Below are positions 18,922-29,857 of a stretch of DNA of 64,000 nt, one piece after another; the stretch's first letter is position 1, and each line of letters opens with the position of its first letter. The notes under the pieces are model-generated. The model did not search any database. It was not told where the DNA came from and was given only the letters and a program-made list of their open reading frames with translations. The DNA is from an uncultured Eubacteriales bacterium (lineage in GTDB: Bacteria > Acidobacteriota > Aminicenantia > Aminicenantales > Aminicenantaceae): NCBI GenBank assembly GCA_964346815.1, contig CAYFWF010000043.1:2850-66849 (forward strand), written 5' to 3'. The position numbers and the translations under genes were made by a program.

Positions 18922-20289
18922 ATGTCTCGAATGAATCTTTGGCAATTTTTTGGATTTGTCTGCCTCGCTTTTGTTCTCGTTCTGTCCTTGCCGGCCTTCT
19001 CCCAGGATTATGGGGTGCCCGCTGTTCAAGACAGCCAAAACATTTTGCCCGAAAACGAGAGAGCCGCTGTGAGGAATGAATGGTTGAAATGGAGGCTGGA
19101 GAATATCATCCCAGAATTGATGAGAAGAGAAGGGATAGACATGTGGCTTATCATCAACAGAGAATATAACGAAGACCCTGTCTATATGAGTCTCGTACCA
19201 GAACCTGTGATGTACGCACGAAGAACCTCCATCCTCCTCTTTCATGACAGGGGAGAGGAGCGCGGTGTCGAAAGACTGAGCGGAAGTTATTATGGAATGG
19301 GAGAATGGTACAAACCTATATGGATCGATAAAAAGAAGCCTCAATTCGAGAGCCTGGCAGAGTTTATGAAACGGAGGAATCCCAAGCGGATTGGAATCAA
19401 TGTGTCATCCAAATGGGCTTTTGGAGATGGCCTGACGGTGAGTCTGAAGGAAAAACTCGAAGCGGCTTTAGGCCCTGATCTTTCCTCTCGGTTTGTGCCG
19501 GCAGAAAATCTTTGTATAGGCTGGCTCGAAACGCGAAGCCCGATGGAATTGAGTGCCTATCGGCATATCTGTGGAATTGCCCACGATATCATCGCTGAGT
19601 TTTTTTCAAATAAGGTCATCTTGCCGGATGTTACGACGACTGAGCAGGTTGTCTGGTGGATTCGACAGAAGTTCAGAGATTTGGAAGTAGACACCTGGTT
19701 CCAGCCTTCCATATCGATTCAGAGACATAAGAAGGATATGGAAAAGCTTGACGATAACTCAACAACTATTCGCAGAGGTGATCTCCTGCACTGCGATGTG
19801 GGGATCAATTACCTCGGGCTCTGTACGGATATGCAGTGGCAGGCCTACGTGTGCAAGATCGGAGAAGACGACGCCCCTGACGGTATAAAGGAAGCCTTGC
19901 GAAGGGCCAATCGCCTGGGAGAAATTTTCATGGGAGAGTTCCTATATGGAAGGACAGGGAAGCAAATTACGGAGGAAGCGATGCGGAAAGCTGAAGCAGA
20001 AGGTCTGAGACCTCTAATATATACGCATCCTATAGGATTCCATGGACACGCAGCAGGTTGCCAGATGGATGCCCGTCCTTTGGGAAGAGCGCCTGAAGGT
20101 ATCGAGAAACAAATGGAGTATCCTTTGTACTACAATACGGTTTACGCCGTTGAATTCAGCAGCAGCTCAAATGTACCCGAATGGGACGGCCAGGACGTAA
20201 GGATAGGCTTTGAAGAAAATGCTGTGTTTACCAGAGAAGGATGCGAGTGGGTGGACGGGCATCAAACAAGACTGTATTTGATTAGATAG
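18922..20289 (+). CDS. secreted M24 family metallopeptidase (Xaa-Pro aminopeptidase/prolidase-like)
   Basis: 455 aa. Signal peptide and AAGGAGG RBS. Metal-ligand pattern RGDLLHCDVGINYLGLCTDMQ and HPIGFHGHAAG. Confidence 0.7.
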   Translation: MSRMNLWQFFGFVCLAFVLVLSLPAFSQDYGVPAVQDSQNILPENERAAVRNEWLKWRLENIIPELMRREGIDMWLIINREYNEDPVYMSLVPEPVMYARRTSILLFHDRGEERGVERLSGSYYGMGEWYKPIWIDKKKPQFESLAEFMKRRNPKRIGINVSSKWAFGDGLTVSLKEKLEAALGPDLSSRFVPAENLCIGWLETRSPMELSAYRHICGIAHDIIAEFFSNKVILPDVTTTEQVVWWIRQKFRDLEVDTWFQPSISIQRHKKDMEKLDDNSTTIRRGDLLHCDVGINYLGLCTDMQWQAYVCKIGEDDAPDGIKEALRRANRLGEIFMGEFLYGRTGKQITEEAMRKAEAEGLRPLIYTHPIGFHGHAAGCQMDARPLGRAPEGIEKQMEYPLYYNTVYAVEFSSSSNVPEWDGQDVRIGFEENAVFTREGCEWVDGHQTRLYLIR

Positions 20290-20300
20290 AATAATTCTGG

Positions 20301-22454
20301 TTAAAAGCCCAATTCCTTTATTACGTGATCGGCTCTCAAGAATTTTTCTGTGATGAACAGAACGTATCGGATATCGACGCTGATCGTGCGCTGGAGCTCA
20401 GGTATGACATAGTAATCTCCTGTCACACTCTCATAGGTCATGTCGAATATGATACCGGTTTGTTCTCCTTTGGCATTGAATGTGGGCGATCCGGAGTTTC
20501 CACCTGTGACATTGGTGGTGTTCAGAAAACAGACAGGAATATCCTTGAGGTTTTCATCCTCATATTCTCCGTAATCTTTGTTTTCATGAAGCTCTTTGAG
20601 CTCAGGAGGGACCCGGAAAGGAAACACTCCTGTATCTTTTTCGATGACTCCAGATAATGTTGTTTGAGGAAGATAATAGACGGCATCTCTGGGAGTGTAC
20701 CCTTTGATAAAACCATAGGTAAAGCGGATAGTGGAGTTAGCATCTGGAGCGATCCTTCCTTCTCGCTGTTTGATAAGGGAGTCGAGGTAGACTTTCTTGA
20801 GATCGAGACGTTCTTGGTCTAAAGCCTTGTTTTCTTCCCTGAGGATCTTCATTTCTTTTTCCAGCTCGGCGGCAAGGATTATGAGAGGATCGTTGAGCCC
20901 CAGGAGCTGGTCTGGTGTCTTTTCGATCAGCTCGAGGCGCACCTCTGTATCAGCCAGAGAGGTTTCATCGAAAAGAGAATCCACGTAATCTTCGATGGCT
21001 TGGTTTGAGGGCTTTGATAAAAGTTCATGAAAGGCTTCAGGGATTTGTGCTTGGGGATAATCTACCAGGCCTTTCAAGCGGAACTTTAAAAAAGCCTTGT
21101 CGGTGTCGAGATCATATCCTCTATCGGCAAGCTGAATGCGCTCTTTTATGTAGGGCAAATCCCTCTCTTGATAGCCTGGTTCTCTATCCATATCGGGCTT
21201 CTGGAGTTCTTCAGATGTTCTGTATATCGTGTAGGCCTGGGAGAGCAGCGCCGAACCGAAGTAGGGGCTGACAAGCTGATTGAGAAGGGTGGTTTTTGCC
21301 TGATGAGTTTCGTATCTATTCATGAAAGCTTCGATATCCTGAAGAACTGTTCCATATTTTTGCTGTCTTTCCGGATCTTGATTGATCCAATCCATGAATC
21401 GCTTTTCCTGATTCTTTTTCTTTTCCACCAGAGCGATCTTTTCCATCCCTTCGATTTTCCCCTGGTAGTTTTTCAAAGAATTATTGAGTCCCCGGACGAC
21501 TCTTGCATATTTGATCTGGATATCCCGGCTGTTCTCTGCTGCTTTTTCAAAGAAAGCGATGATGTCTTCATAAAGAGCCATCCTTTTCTTCATGTTTTTG
21601 ATATCAGATTCCAGCTCCGAGAGGGTGTAGTTTCTGTATGTTCTTCCAGGATAACCCATAACAAAGGAAAAGTCCCCCTCTTCAAAGCCTTCTAAAGATA
21701 TTTTCAAAATAGATTTTGGTTTGTAGGGGATATTATCCAAGCTGTAGTCAGAACCGATATTATCTGGTGATACGTAGGCTCTCAAAAAAGTAAAATCGCA
21801 AGTGTGACGGGGCCACATCCAGTTATCGATATCTCCTCCATAATTTCCGAGATCTTGGGGAGGAGCACAGACGATCCTTAAGTCTTTGATTCTCTTGAAA
21901 CGAAACAGATAATACTGATTCCCGCTGTACATATTTGCCACTCTTGCGCGAATATCCTCACCCTGTTTTTCAGTTTCAGCGACGATCTTTTTCATGGCCT
22001 TTTCGATACCATCATATTTCTGGCGGTATGTCATATCGGGTTGAACGACAGAAAGGATCTGGTCTGTGATTTCCTCATAACCAAGAAGAACATCTGCTAT
22101 ATATCCCTTTGCGGGGATCTCCTCGTCTCTTGTCCAGGCTATAAATCCGTTTTGGATATAGTCATTCTCAGTTGTCGAAGCTCTCTGGAGAGCACCGAAA
22201 GCCACATGATGATTGGTCAAAATCAGGCCGTCAGAGCTGACGAATTCTCCTGTTCCTCCGCCCAGGTAAACCACAGCACTCATCAGCCCGGTCCCGTCTT
22301 TTTTATACAGATCTTCGGGATTCATTTGGAGTCCCAGAGTACTGAGATCAAGGTCAATCATCTGATGCGGCATCCACATCCCTTCGTCCGAGGGGGAGTG
22401 AATGGCCAAGCTTAAAACCAGAAGGCTGAACACGAGCCCTTTTAAAAGCTTCAT
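20301..22454 (-). CDS. S46 family dipeptidyl-peptidase (DPP7/DPP11-like)
   Basis: 717 aa. Signal peptide followed by the DEGMWMP signature at the mature N-terminus. C-terminal GGNSGSP serine region. Confidence 0.85.
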   Translation of the reverse strand: MKLLKGLVFSLLVLSLAIHSPSDEGMWMPHQMIDLDLSTLGLQMNPEDLYKKDGTGLMSAVVYLGGGTGEFVSSDGLILTNHHVAFGALQRASTTENDYIQNGFIAWTRDEEIPAKGYIADVLLGYEEITDQILSVVQPDMTYRQKYDGIEKAMKKIVAETEKQGEDIRARVANMYSGNQYYLFRFKRIKDLRIVCAPPQDLGNYGGDIDNWMWPRHTCDFTFLRAYVSPDNIGSDYSLDNIPYKPKSILKISLEGFEEGDFSFVMGYPGRTYRNYTLSELESDIKNMKKRMALYEDIIAFFEKAAENSRDIQIKYARVVRGLNNSLKNYQGKIEGMEKIALVEKKKNQEKRFMDWINQDPERQQKYGTVLQDIEAFMNRYETHQAKTTLLNQLVSPYFGSALLSQAYTIYRTSEELQKPDMDREPGYQERDLPYIKERIQLADRGYDLDTDKAFLKFRLKGLVDYPQAQIPEAFHELLSKPSNQAIEDYVDSLFDETSLADTEVRLELIEKTPDQLLGLNDPLIILAAELEKEMKILREENKALDQERLDLKKVYLDSLIKQREGRIAPDANSTIRFTYGFIKGYTPRDAVYYLPQTTLSGVIEKDTGVFPFRVPPELKELHENKDYGEYEDENLKDIPVCFLNTTNVTGGNSGSPTFNAKGEQTGIIFDMTYESVTGDYYVIPELQRTISVDIRYVLFITEKFLRADHVIKELGF

Positions 22455-22581
22455 TTCTTTGCGCTCCTTTCCTTGATTCGGTTTTAGCGAACAAGAAGTA
22501 AGAAAAATTCAATAAGAAAAGTAATATAATAAATTAGCAGAAATTAGGCAACATCGATCATAAGATTCAATGACAGCTGGA

Positions 22582-23313
22582 TTATTTTAGAAACCGAAGA
22601 CTTTTGGGCTCTTTTTCCATGTGATAGGTAAGGATATTCTGGAGTACCTTTCGAATTGATTTCAGCTTTTCTCTTGGGAAAGGAAGATCCGGATGATGAG
22701 GGGGAGGATTTTTTTTGGCCCAGTCGATGAATCTGTTCAGCTCCGGAGGGATCTCTTCTTTTTTTTGGAAGGAACATTCGGGACAGTACGCACCCTCTTT
22801 TTTAGGCGATAGCCAGGATGAATCAATGATATTTCTATGACATTTTCGACATGTTTTAAAGCTGGGCAGAATTCCGTTCAGCTTGAGAATCCAAGTCTCG
22901 AAATAAGCACCCAAAATATCGATGTCACCTCCAGCTTCGAGGGATAAGAGAACCGATGAGAGAAGGCGAAAGAGATGCTCGTCCTTAGAGTGAGAGGGAG
23001 AAAATTCTTCGATGAGTTCGGAAAAATAACTGAGAGTAAATCCTCGATCCAGATCCCTCTGAAGTTCGAAATAGGATTCGACTATGTCACAATTGTTTAC
23101 GACAACCAGATCTTTATGCTCTTTTTCATAATAAAAAATTTTGACATGGGTTAAAGGTTCAAGGCCGCTTCCAAAGCGGTTGCCGAATTTTCGGGCTCCC
23201 TTTGCGATTCCCTTGACGATTCCTTTATCTTTGGAGAAGAAAACCACGATCTTATCCTGTTCACCGACATTAAAGGTTCTCAGGATAAAGGCTTCTGATT
23301 GTTCAAGGGACAT
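22582..23313 (-). CDS. recO: DNA repair protein RecO
   Basis: Start moved to MSLEQSEAFILRT. RecO-like N-terminal OB region and a C-terminal Cys4 zinc motif (CRKC...CPEC). Confidence 0.8.
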   Translation of the reverse strand: MSLEQSEAFILRTFNVGEQDKIVVFFSKDKGIVKGIAKGARKFGNRFGSGLEPLTHVKIFYYEKEHKDLVVVNNCDIVESYFELQRDLDRGFTLSYFSELIEEFSPSHSKDEHLFRLLSSVLLSLEAGGDIDILGAYFETWILKLNGILPSFKTCRKCHRNIIDSSWLSPKKEGAYCPECSFQKKEEIPPELNRFIDWAKKNPPPHHPDLPFPREKLKSIRKVLQNILTYHMEKEPKSLRFLK

Positions 23314-23318
23314 CGAGG

Positions 23319-24680
23319 TTATGTGAGATAGGCGAGGAAAAGGGTGCCGAGTCCGAGGAATGTCAGAATGCTGATGGAATCTGTACACATGGTCAGCAGG
23401 TTGACCGAACCAAGAGCCGGATCCAAGCGTAGAAGTTTCAGAATGAGGGGGATAAGAGTTCCTGCCATAGCAGCAATGAAAAAAGTGACGATACATGCCA
23501 GGCCTAAAACCAGGCCAAAAAAAGGATTCTTCATAATGACCAAGGTGGCTGCAGACAAAATCAAACCGATGATAACGCCATTTCCGATCCCTACCATGAT
23601 TTCTTTGAACAAGGCCTTCTTAGCGGAAATCCAGTCGGTTTGACCGATAGCGATTTCGCGAACGATGATGGCTATGGTCTGGTTTCCTGCTATTCCCCCC
23701 AAGGCAGCAACTAAAGGCATGAACACAGCAAGTTCGACAACCTTCTCTATGGTACCGGTGAAATTCCTGACCACGAATGGGGCTACGGATGCTGTCAGGA
23801 GGCTGAAGAGAAGAAACGGAAGTCTTTTTTTTATAGACGTTAATGGATTGTCTTGGATCCTGTCTGTGGTATCCAAAGACACCATTTTATACATATCTTC
23901 TGTGGCCTCTTTGTCGATCACATCGATGATGTCATCTACGGTAACCACCCCCACGAGTTTCTCTTCCGAATCAACAACCGGAATCGCCACAAGGTTATAA
24001 TCTGCGACACTGCGAGCCACTTCCTCCTGGTCGGTCTCTGTATGGACACTTATGACTTCTTTGGTCATAATCGCTTTCAGTGGTGTGTTAGGGCGGGCAA
24101 AGAGAAGTTGCCGTAGGGAGGCTACTCCAACCAGTCGATTTTCGTCGTCTACGACGTAAAGATAGAATGCAGACTCCACGTCTCCTTCAAGTTGCATGGC
24201 CGTGATGGTATCGGAGACGTTGGTGTTGTGGTTGAGCGCATAGAAATTAGGAGACATGATTCGGCCGGCCGTTTCCTCCTCATACAGGAGGAGTTCTTTG
24301 ACCTCTTCGGACGGCTTTTCCTCCATCGCTGTGAGAATGTTTCCCTGAAGATCTTCTGGCAGCAGTTGAAGGATCGGGGCGATGTCGTCAGAAGGGATCT
24401 CTTGAAAGATCTTGGAAATCTGAGACACTGGAAGGGCCTTCATCATCTCGGCAGCATCTTCCGGATCGAGCTCTCTAATGACTTCTCCAGCTTTCTCTTT
24501 GTCCTTCTCGTAAATGACATTGAAAAGTGTGAGTTTTTCCCTGACAATCAGATGATTCATGAGTGAGGAGATGTCGGCAGCATGGAAGTTCTTCACGAGA
24601 TTCCATAAACGTGTGAGGGAACCGATATTGATAAATTTCCTCGCAGAACTGATGACCAACCTGAGTGCTTCAACCTTCAT
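23319..24680 (-). CDS. mgtE: magnesium transporter MgtE
   Basis: 453 aa. MgtE N domain, tandem CBS domains and a C-terminal TM domain. Confidence 0.9.
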   Translation of the reverse strand: MKVEALRLVISSARKFINIGSLTRLWNLVKNFHAADISSLMNHLIVREKLTLFNVIYEKDKEKAGEVIRELDPEDAAEMMKALPVSQISKIFQEIPSDDIAPILQLLPEDLQGNILTAMEEKPSEEVKELLLYEEETAGRIMSPNFYALNHNTNVSDTITAMQLEGDVESAFYLYVVDDENRLVGVASLRQLLFARPNTPLKAIMTKEVISVHTETDQEEVARSVADYNLVAIPVVDSEEKLVGVVTVDDIIDVIDKEATEDMYKMVSLDTTDRIQDNPLTSIKKRLPFLLFSLLTASVAPFVVRNFTGTIEKVVELAVFMPLVAALGGIAGNQTIAIIVREIAIGQTDWISAKKALFKEIMVGIGNGVIIGLILSAATLVIMKNPFFGLVLGLACIVTFFIAAMAGTLIPLILKLLRLDPALGSVNLLTMCTDSISILTFLGLGTLFLAYLT

Positions 24681-24781
24681 TTGTCTACCCTGTGAATTTC
24701 GTTTTTCACCATAACATAAAAGATTTCAACTGTAAAACAAAAATACCGAATGGATGGATAATCTCCCTCAGACAGGAACAG

Positions 24782-26143
24782 CTATCCTCTTTTATAGAAA
24801 TACTTGTTGGTTTCGGAAGCGATGATCCCGCTGAGCCCTATCAAGCCGACAAGATTTGGGAGAGCCATGAGTCCATTCATGATATCGGACACTCTCCAGA
24901 CGATCTCGAGTTTCAGCATCGCTCCTACTGCCACAAAGATAACAAACACGATACGGTAACCTTTCACCCATCTCTCTGAGAACAGATATTCGATGGATTT
25001 TTCTCCGTAGTAGCACCATCCTAAGATTGTGGAGTAAGCGAAAAAGATAAGGCCTACGGTGACGATGAATTCTCCGATTCCCCCAGGCAGAGAGATGTCA
25101 AAGGCCAAAGCTGTGAGCTCGGCCCCTGTGTAACCAGAAGTCCAGAGTCCGCTTGAGATAATCACAAGTCCCGTCAAAGTGCAAACTACAAGGGTATCGA
25201 TAAAGGTTTGAGTCATCGATACCAAAGCCTGCTTAACGGGATTAGGGGTTTTGGCTGCGGCCGCTGCTATGGGAGCAGAACCAAGACCAGACTCATTGGA
25301 AAAGACACCTTTGGAAACGCCCATCCTGATCGTGTGCATGAGCGAAGCCCCGAGAAATCCCCCTGCGGCAGCAGTCGGAGAGAATGCCGATCTGAAGATG
25401 AGCGCAAAAATTTTTGGGATAACTGTAATCTTCATGACCAAAATGAAGAATGCGCCAGTGAAATAGATGATGATCATCAGAGGGACCAAGACCTGTGTGA
25501 CTCTCGCTATGCTCTTAATTCCACCAAGAACAACCATAGCAGTGAAGGTGGCAAGAATCAGTCCTGTGATCCAATAAGGTATTCCGAATGAAGCGTTGGC
25601 CGCATCTGCTACAGAGTTCGATTGGACCATATTTCCTATGCCGAAGGCAGCTATCGAAGCGAAAATGGCGAAGAGCACTCCGAGCCATTTCCATCCCAAT
25701 CCTTTCGATATGTAATACATCGGGCCGCCGCTCATGGTTCCGAATTCATCCGTCTCTCTATATTTTATGGCGAGCACAGCTTCGGCATATTTTGTGGCCA
25801 TTCCAAAAAGACCGGTTATCCACATCCAGAATAAAGCCCCAGGACCTCCAGTGAAGATAGCGATGGCGACTCCGGCGATATTTCCCGTCCCAACCGTGGC
25901 GGCCAGAGCTGTCATGAGAGCCTGGAAATGAGAAATATCTCCTTTTTCCTGGTCATCTTCTTTCCGTTTGATAAAAGCTAGATACAAGGAGTAAAAAAGT
26001 CCCCTCAATTGAAGTCCTTTGAGACGTATTGTGAGGAAAATTCCTGTCCCTACGAGAAGAATAATCAGGGGGAGGCCCCAGATGTTATCCCTGATTTGGG
26101 TCAGAACATCAAGCAACTGGCTCTCCATTTTTCGCCATATCAT
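24782..26143 (-). CDS. sodium:alanine (amino acid) symporter, AGCS family
   Basis: 453 aa. [22 protein letters not shown] signature and multiple TM helices. Confidence 0.85.
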   Translation of the reverse strand: MIWRKMESQLLDVLTQIRDNIWGLPLIILLVGTGIFLTIRLKGLQLRGLFYSLYLAFIKRKEDDQEKGDISHFQALMTALAATVGTGNIAGVAIAIFTGGPGALFWMWITGLFGMATKYAEAVLAIKYRETDEFGTMSGGPMYYISKGLGWKWLGVLFAIFASIAAFGIGNMVQSNSVADAANASFGIPYWITGLILATFTAMVVLGGIKSIARVTQVLVPLMIIIYFTGAFFILVMKITVIPKIFALIFRSAFSPTAAAGGFLGASLMHTIRMGVSKGVFSNESGLGSAPIAAAAAKTPNPVKQALVSMTQTFIDTLVVCTLTGLVIISSGLWTSGYTGAELTALAFDISLPGGIGEFIVTVGLIFFAYSTILGWCYYGEKSIEYLFSERWVKGYRIVFVIFVAVGAMLKLEIVWRVSDIMNGLMALPNLVGLIGLSGIIASETNKYFYKRG

Positions 26144-26318
26144 TAATTCATAAAATTTTCACTATTATAACAACCCCGAATTTTCCGGTCTATCTCTTTT
26201 TTTTCAATCTAAAATCGTCTCAGAATCCGCAAAGGAGGGATATTGAGGAGCCGGATGGGAAGGCAGATGCTATTGAAAGTTTATGGAAATACCGGGAGAT
26301 ATATCCAAGATGTCCGGA

Positions 26319-27680
26319 TCAGCCAAGAAATGAGATTCCCAGACTTTTTATTTTTTCCTGAAGGAGATGCTCTTCGATTTTGAGTTCAGAAGCGGTTTTT
26401 GGAATGTCCCAGTGGTGTCTGAGCAGAATTTTATGAATGTATTCTTTTTCAAACTGTTTTTTTGCCTGAGGTAAGGATTGAATTTCATCCACTGTAGAGA
26501 TGAACTGTGACTCTATAGGTTCTACGAGGAGAGAGAGATGAGAGGATTTGATTTCCCTTTCCGGCACCATGATGACGAATCTTTCGATCACATTGATGAG
26601 CTCGCTCACATTTCCCGGCCAAGAATAATTGATGAACGCCTGAAGGGCCTCTTCATTCATTGTTTTCTGCTTCTTTCCATATTCCTTGGCGAAATATGTT
26701 AAGAAATACTCGATAAGGAGAGGGATGTCCTCCTTCCTCTCTCTCAGGGGAGGGAGTGCCATTGGAATGATATTGAGTTTGAAAAACAAATCCTCCCTGA
26801 AATTCCCTCCGTTAATGATCTCCCTTAAATTTTTGGTTGTCGATGCTATCAACCTCACATCGGCGCCTATGGTCTCGGATGAACCCGGGGGCTTGAATGT
26901 CTTTTCCTCGATGAATCTGACAAGCTTAGCCTGAGTCTTCAGGCTCATATCTCCGATCTCATCTAAAAAGAGTATCCCCCCATCTGCCAGTAAAATTTTC
27001 CCTTTTTTCTGTCTCTCTGAACCAGGTTCATCTCCTTCGGCATATCCGAACAGTTCGTTTTCGATAATATCATCCGGGATGGCCGCAGAATTGATTTGAA
27101 TAAATCTCTTGTTCCTCCTTGGACTCTGTTGATGAATCAACCGTGCAACCAGCTCTTTGCCCGTACCGGTCTCTCCATAGATAAGCACACGACCATTTGT
27201 GGGTGCCGCTAATTTGATCTCATCTTTGAGCTTTAGAATCGCTGGGCTTTCTCCGATCAGATGGTATTTAGCCTTTATTCTCGCTCTCAATTGGATGTTT
27301 TCTTCTTCGAGTTTCCTCTGCCGCAGTGCGTTTTTTGCAGTGAGAATGACTTTTTCCAATGTCAGGGGTTTTTCCAGAAAATCATAAGCTCCCAGTTTTG
27401 TGGCTTTGACAGCAGTTGCAATGGACCCATGTCCCGAGATCATCACCACTTGTAAACTTTCTTCCGATTTTTTTGCTTTTTCGAGAACATCGAGACCACT
27501 CATTTTTGGCAGCCAGATATCGAGGAGTACGAGGTCAAAATTTTCCCTTTTCAGGAAATCAAGGCCTTTTTCTCCCGTATCCGTTGTTTTGACAATGTAG
27601 CCTTCGTCCTCGAGTATCCCCTTCAGGGAGGATCGGATCCCAGCTTCATCATCGATGACTAGAATTTTATCTTTGATCAT
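26319..27680 (-). CDS. sigma-54-dependent response regulator (NtrC/NtrX-like)
   Basis: 453 aa. REC domain (VIDDE), AAA+ sigma-54 activator (GETGTGKE; the GAFTGA region is implied) and a C-terminal HTH. Confidence 0.85.
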   Translation of the reverse strand: MIKDKILVIDDEAGIRSSLKGILEDEGYIVKTTDTGEKGLDFLKRENFDLVLLDIWLPKMSGLDVLEKAKKSEESLQVVMISGHGSIATAVKATKLGAYDFLEKPLTLEKVILTAKNALRQRKLEEENIQLRARIKAKYHLIGESPAILKLKDEIKLAAPTNGRVLIYGETGTGKELVARLIHQQSPRRNKRFIQINSAAIPDDIIENELFGYAEGDEPGSERQKKGKILLADGGILFLDEIGDMSLKTQAKLVRFIEEKTFKPPGSSETIGADVRLIASTTKNLREIINGGNFREDLFFKLNIIPMALPPLRERKEDIPLLIEYFLTYFAKEYGKKQKTMNEEALQAFINYSWPGNVSELINVIERFVIMVPEREIKSSHLSLLVEPIESQFISTVDEIQSLPQAKKQFEKEYIHKILLRHHWDIPKTASELKIEEHLLQEKIKSLGISFLG

Positions 27681-29842
27681 GATGGAATCTGAATGATGAA
27701 CATCGCTCCATTTGGTTTATTATCTTCAATCTCGATGGAGCCGTTGTGTTCGCTGATGACTTGGTTAACTATGGCTAAACCCAAACCTGTCCCTCTTTTT
27801 TTCGTTGAATAGTGAGGATGGAAGAGTTTGTCCCGTTCCTCTTGAGGAATACCTGGTCCAAAGTCTGCGATTTCTATTCTGACCCTCTGCTGGGTTTTGT
27901 CAAAGGATGTGCGAATTCTGATTTTCCCAGTTTTGTTCATTGCGTCAATTGCATTGTCAATGAGATTTATAAAAACACGCCTCATTTGATCGGGATCGAT
28001 CAAAAGGGGGGAAGGAATCTCTGCCGAAAATTGAGTCTCAAACTCAATCTCTGAGAAGATTCCGGTAAAGAGAGATATTGTTTGTTTGATAATATCATGC
28101 AGGTCGGCCGAGCGAAGACGAATAGTCGGCATCCGAGCAAAACTCGAGAATTCGTCCACTAGGGATTTGATGGTACGGGCTTCCTGAACGATGGTATTGG
28201 CGCCTTCCTCGATAATTTCACTGGATTTTCTCTTGTTCATCCTCAAGTTCTTGATGATCCTTTCGGCAGAGAGCTGGATCGGAGTCAGAGGATTTTTAAT
28301 CTCATGGGCGACACGCTGTGCTATCTCCTTCCAGGCTGCGATCTTTTGGGCCTTGATGAGCTGAGTCAGGTTGTCCAGAACAACGATCATTCCCGAAAAT
28401 TCGCTGTTTGTTTGATACAATGGAGAGAGAGTAAGAGCCACTGTGACACTCTGGCCGTCGAGATTTATATTTATTTCTTTATCAGAAAGTTTATGTCTTT
28501 TCTGAAGTCCGCGCATGATGTACTCCAGTATTTCTCCATATTGATCGCCATTAAGCACCTCTTCATAACTTTTTCCTATAAGATTTTTTTCTTCCAGATC
28601 GAGCATTGCCAGGGCAGATGGATTGACTGTTGTGATGACTCCATCAGCATCCAAAGTGATAACACCGGTGGTGATGTTATTCAAGATAGTCTCGATGTAC
28701 TGCTTTCTTGCCTCTAACTCTGAGGTCTTTTGTGCAATGTTGTGTTGGCTGTCCTTGAGATCAGAGATCATCTGATTGAAAGAATCGATCAGAATTCCCA
28801 GCTCATCGGAAGCAGGATCTTCTACCCGGACATTCAAGTTTCCTTTTGAGACTTCCTTGGTTGCATGAGCCAACTTTTCTATCGGCACGGTTATTCCTTT
28901 GGCCAGGTGAAAGCCGATCCAGCTGGCTGCGAAGATGATCAGAAGAGTGATGAAAATGAGCGTGATAAAATAGAATGCCTTGACTGGGTTTTTCTGAATT
29001 TTCAGTTGACTGTATCTCTGAACATAGGCCGAGATATTGTTGATCTTTTCTGCGTAATTTTGAGGAAGAAATTTGCCCGTTAGTACTAAAACTTTCCCTC
29101 CCTCCGGGATGGTGAACGAGATGCCACGACGGATCATCTCTCCATTGCCCATGGGATCGATGCTTCTGAATGTTTCTCCCAGATGAGCAATCCTGACACG
29201 GTTCTTTCTGACATCGCTATAATCTTGAAAAGGAAGGTCTGGATTTAGATAGGTAAACAATTCCTCGTCATCTAAAAATATTCCGATTTCATCCAACTTG
29301 TATTCTGTCAGCTTGTTGCGGACAAACTCCATCAATGGAAGCCTGTGGTCGAGGTCTATCAGGTCTTGATTTTGTATAGCCCGACTGAGCTGCTTCGCGT
29401 AATGGAGAGTGACCTCCTCGCTGCTGATGTAAAATCCATCTGCGAGGCTTTTGGTATCATCCAAGATTCGATCGATGGGAGTCTTGAACCAGGTTTCGAT
29501 GTTTCGGCTGATCAGGTCGCTCGCGAAAAAGAAAAGAAGAAGAGTCGGGATGAGAGAGAGGGCAATGAAGAAGAGGAGAAGCTTGGTTTTGAAGCGCGCT
29601 CCAAGGACTTTTCTTTTTCTCTCCAGATAGAGTTTTGCCAAATTTCTCCCCAGGACGAAGAGAAGGATAAGAAACATCAAAAGAACGATGATTTGGAGGA
29701 ATGTCAAGAGTATATTCGTGAAGGAAGTGGGAGAGAATTCTTGGGCTTCTCTGATAAAGAATTCTATGGTGAAAAACAGGATAATAAGAAAGATGATGAG
29801 AGCAGCGACAACGCGCGGCCCTTTCTTTTTTGGATCTGCCAT
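27677..29842 (-). CDS. sensor histidine kinase (NtrY-like: TM, HAMP, PAS, HisKA, HATPase)
   Basis: 721 aa. N-terminal TM helices, H-box AHEIKNPLTPI and a C-terminal ATPase domain. ATGA overlap with the downstream regulator. Confidence 0.8.
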   Translation of the reverse strand: MADPKKKGPRVVAALIIFLIILFFTIEFFIREAQEFSPTSFTNILLTFLQIIVLLMFLILLFVLGRNLAKLYLERKRKVLGARFKTKLLLFFIALSLIPTLLLFFFASDLISRNIETWFKTPIDRILDDTKSLADGFYISSEEVTLHYAKQLSRAIQNQDLIDLDHRLPLMEFVRNKLTEYKLDEIGIFLDDEELFTYLNPDLPFQDYSDVRKNRVRIAHLGETFRSIDPMGNGEMIRRGISFTIPEGGKVLVLTGKFLPQNYAEKINNISAYVQRYSQLKIQKNPVKAFYFITLIFITLLIIFAASWIGFHLAKGITVPIEKLAHATKEVSKGNLNVRVEDPASDELGILIDSFNQMISDLKDSQHNIAQKTSELEARKQYIETILNNITTGVITLDADGVITTVNPSALAMLDLEEKNLIGKSYEEVLNGDQYGEILEYIMRGLQKRHKLSDKEININLDGQSVTVALTLSPLYQTNSEFSGMIVVLDNLTQLIKAQKIAAWKEIAQRVAHEIKNPLTPIQLSAERIIKNLRMNKRKSSEIIEEGANTIVQEARTIKSLVDEFSSFARMPTIRLRSADLHDIIKQTISLFTGIFSEIEFETQFSAEIPSPLLIDPDQMRRVFINLIDNAIDAMNKTGKIRIRTSFDKTQQRVRIEIADFGPGIPQEERDKLFHPHYSTKKRGTGLGLAIVNQVISEHNGSIEIEDNKPNGAMFIIQIPS

Positions 29843-29857
29843 GTTTATTAGTGATAG

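Noticed and set aside
24681-24781. Possible M-box (Mg2+) riboswitch upstream of mgtE
   Set aside because: The intergenic region is only about 100 nt, too short for an M-box, and no conserved M-box elements are visible.
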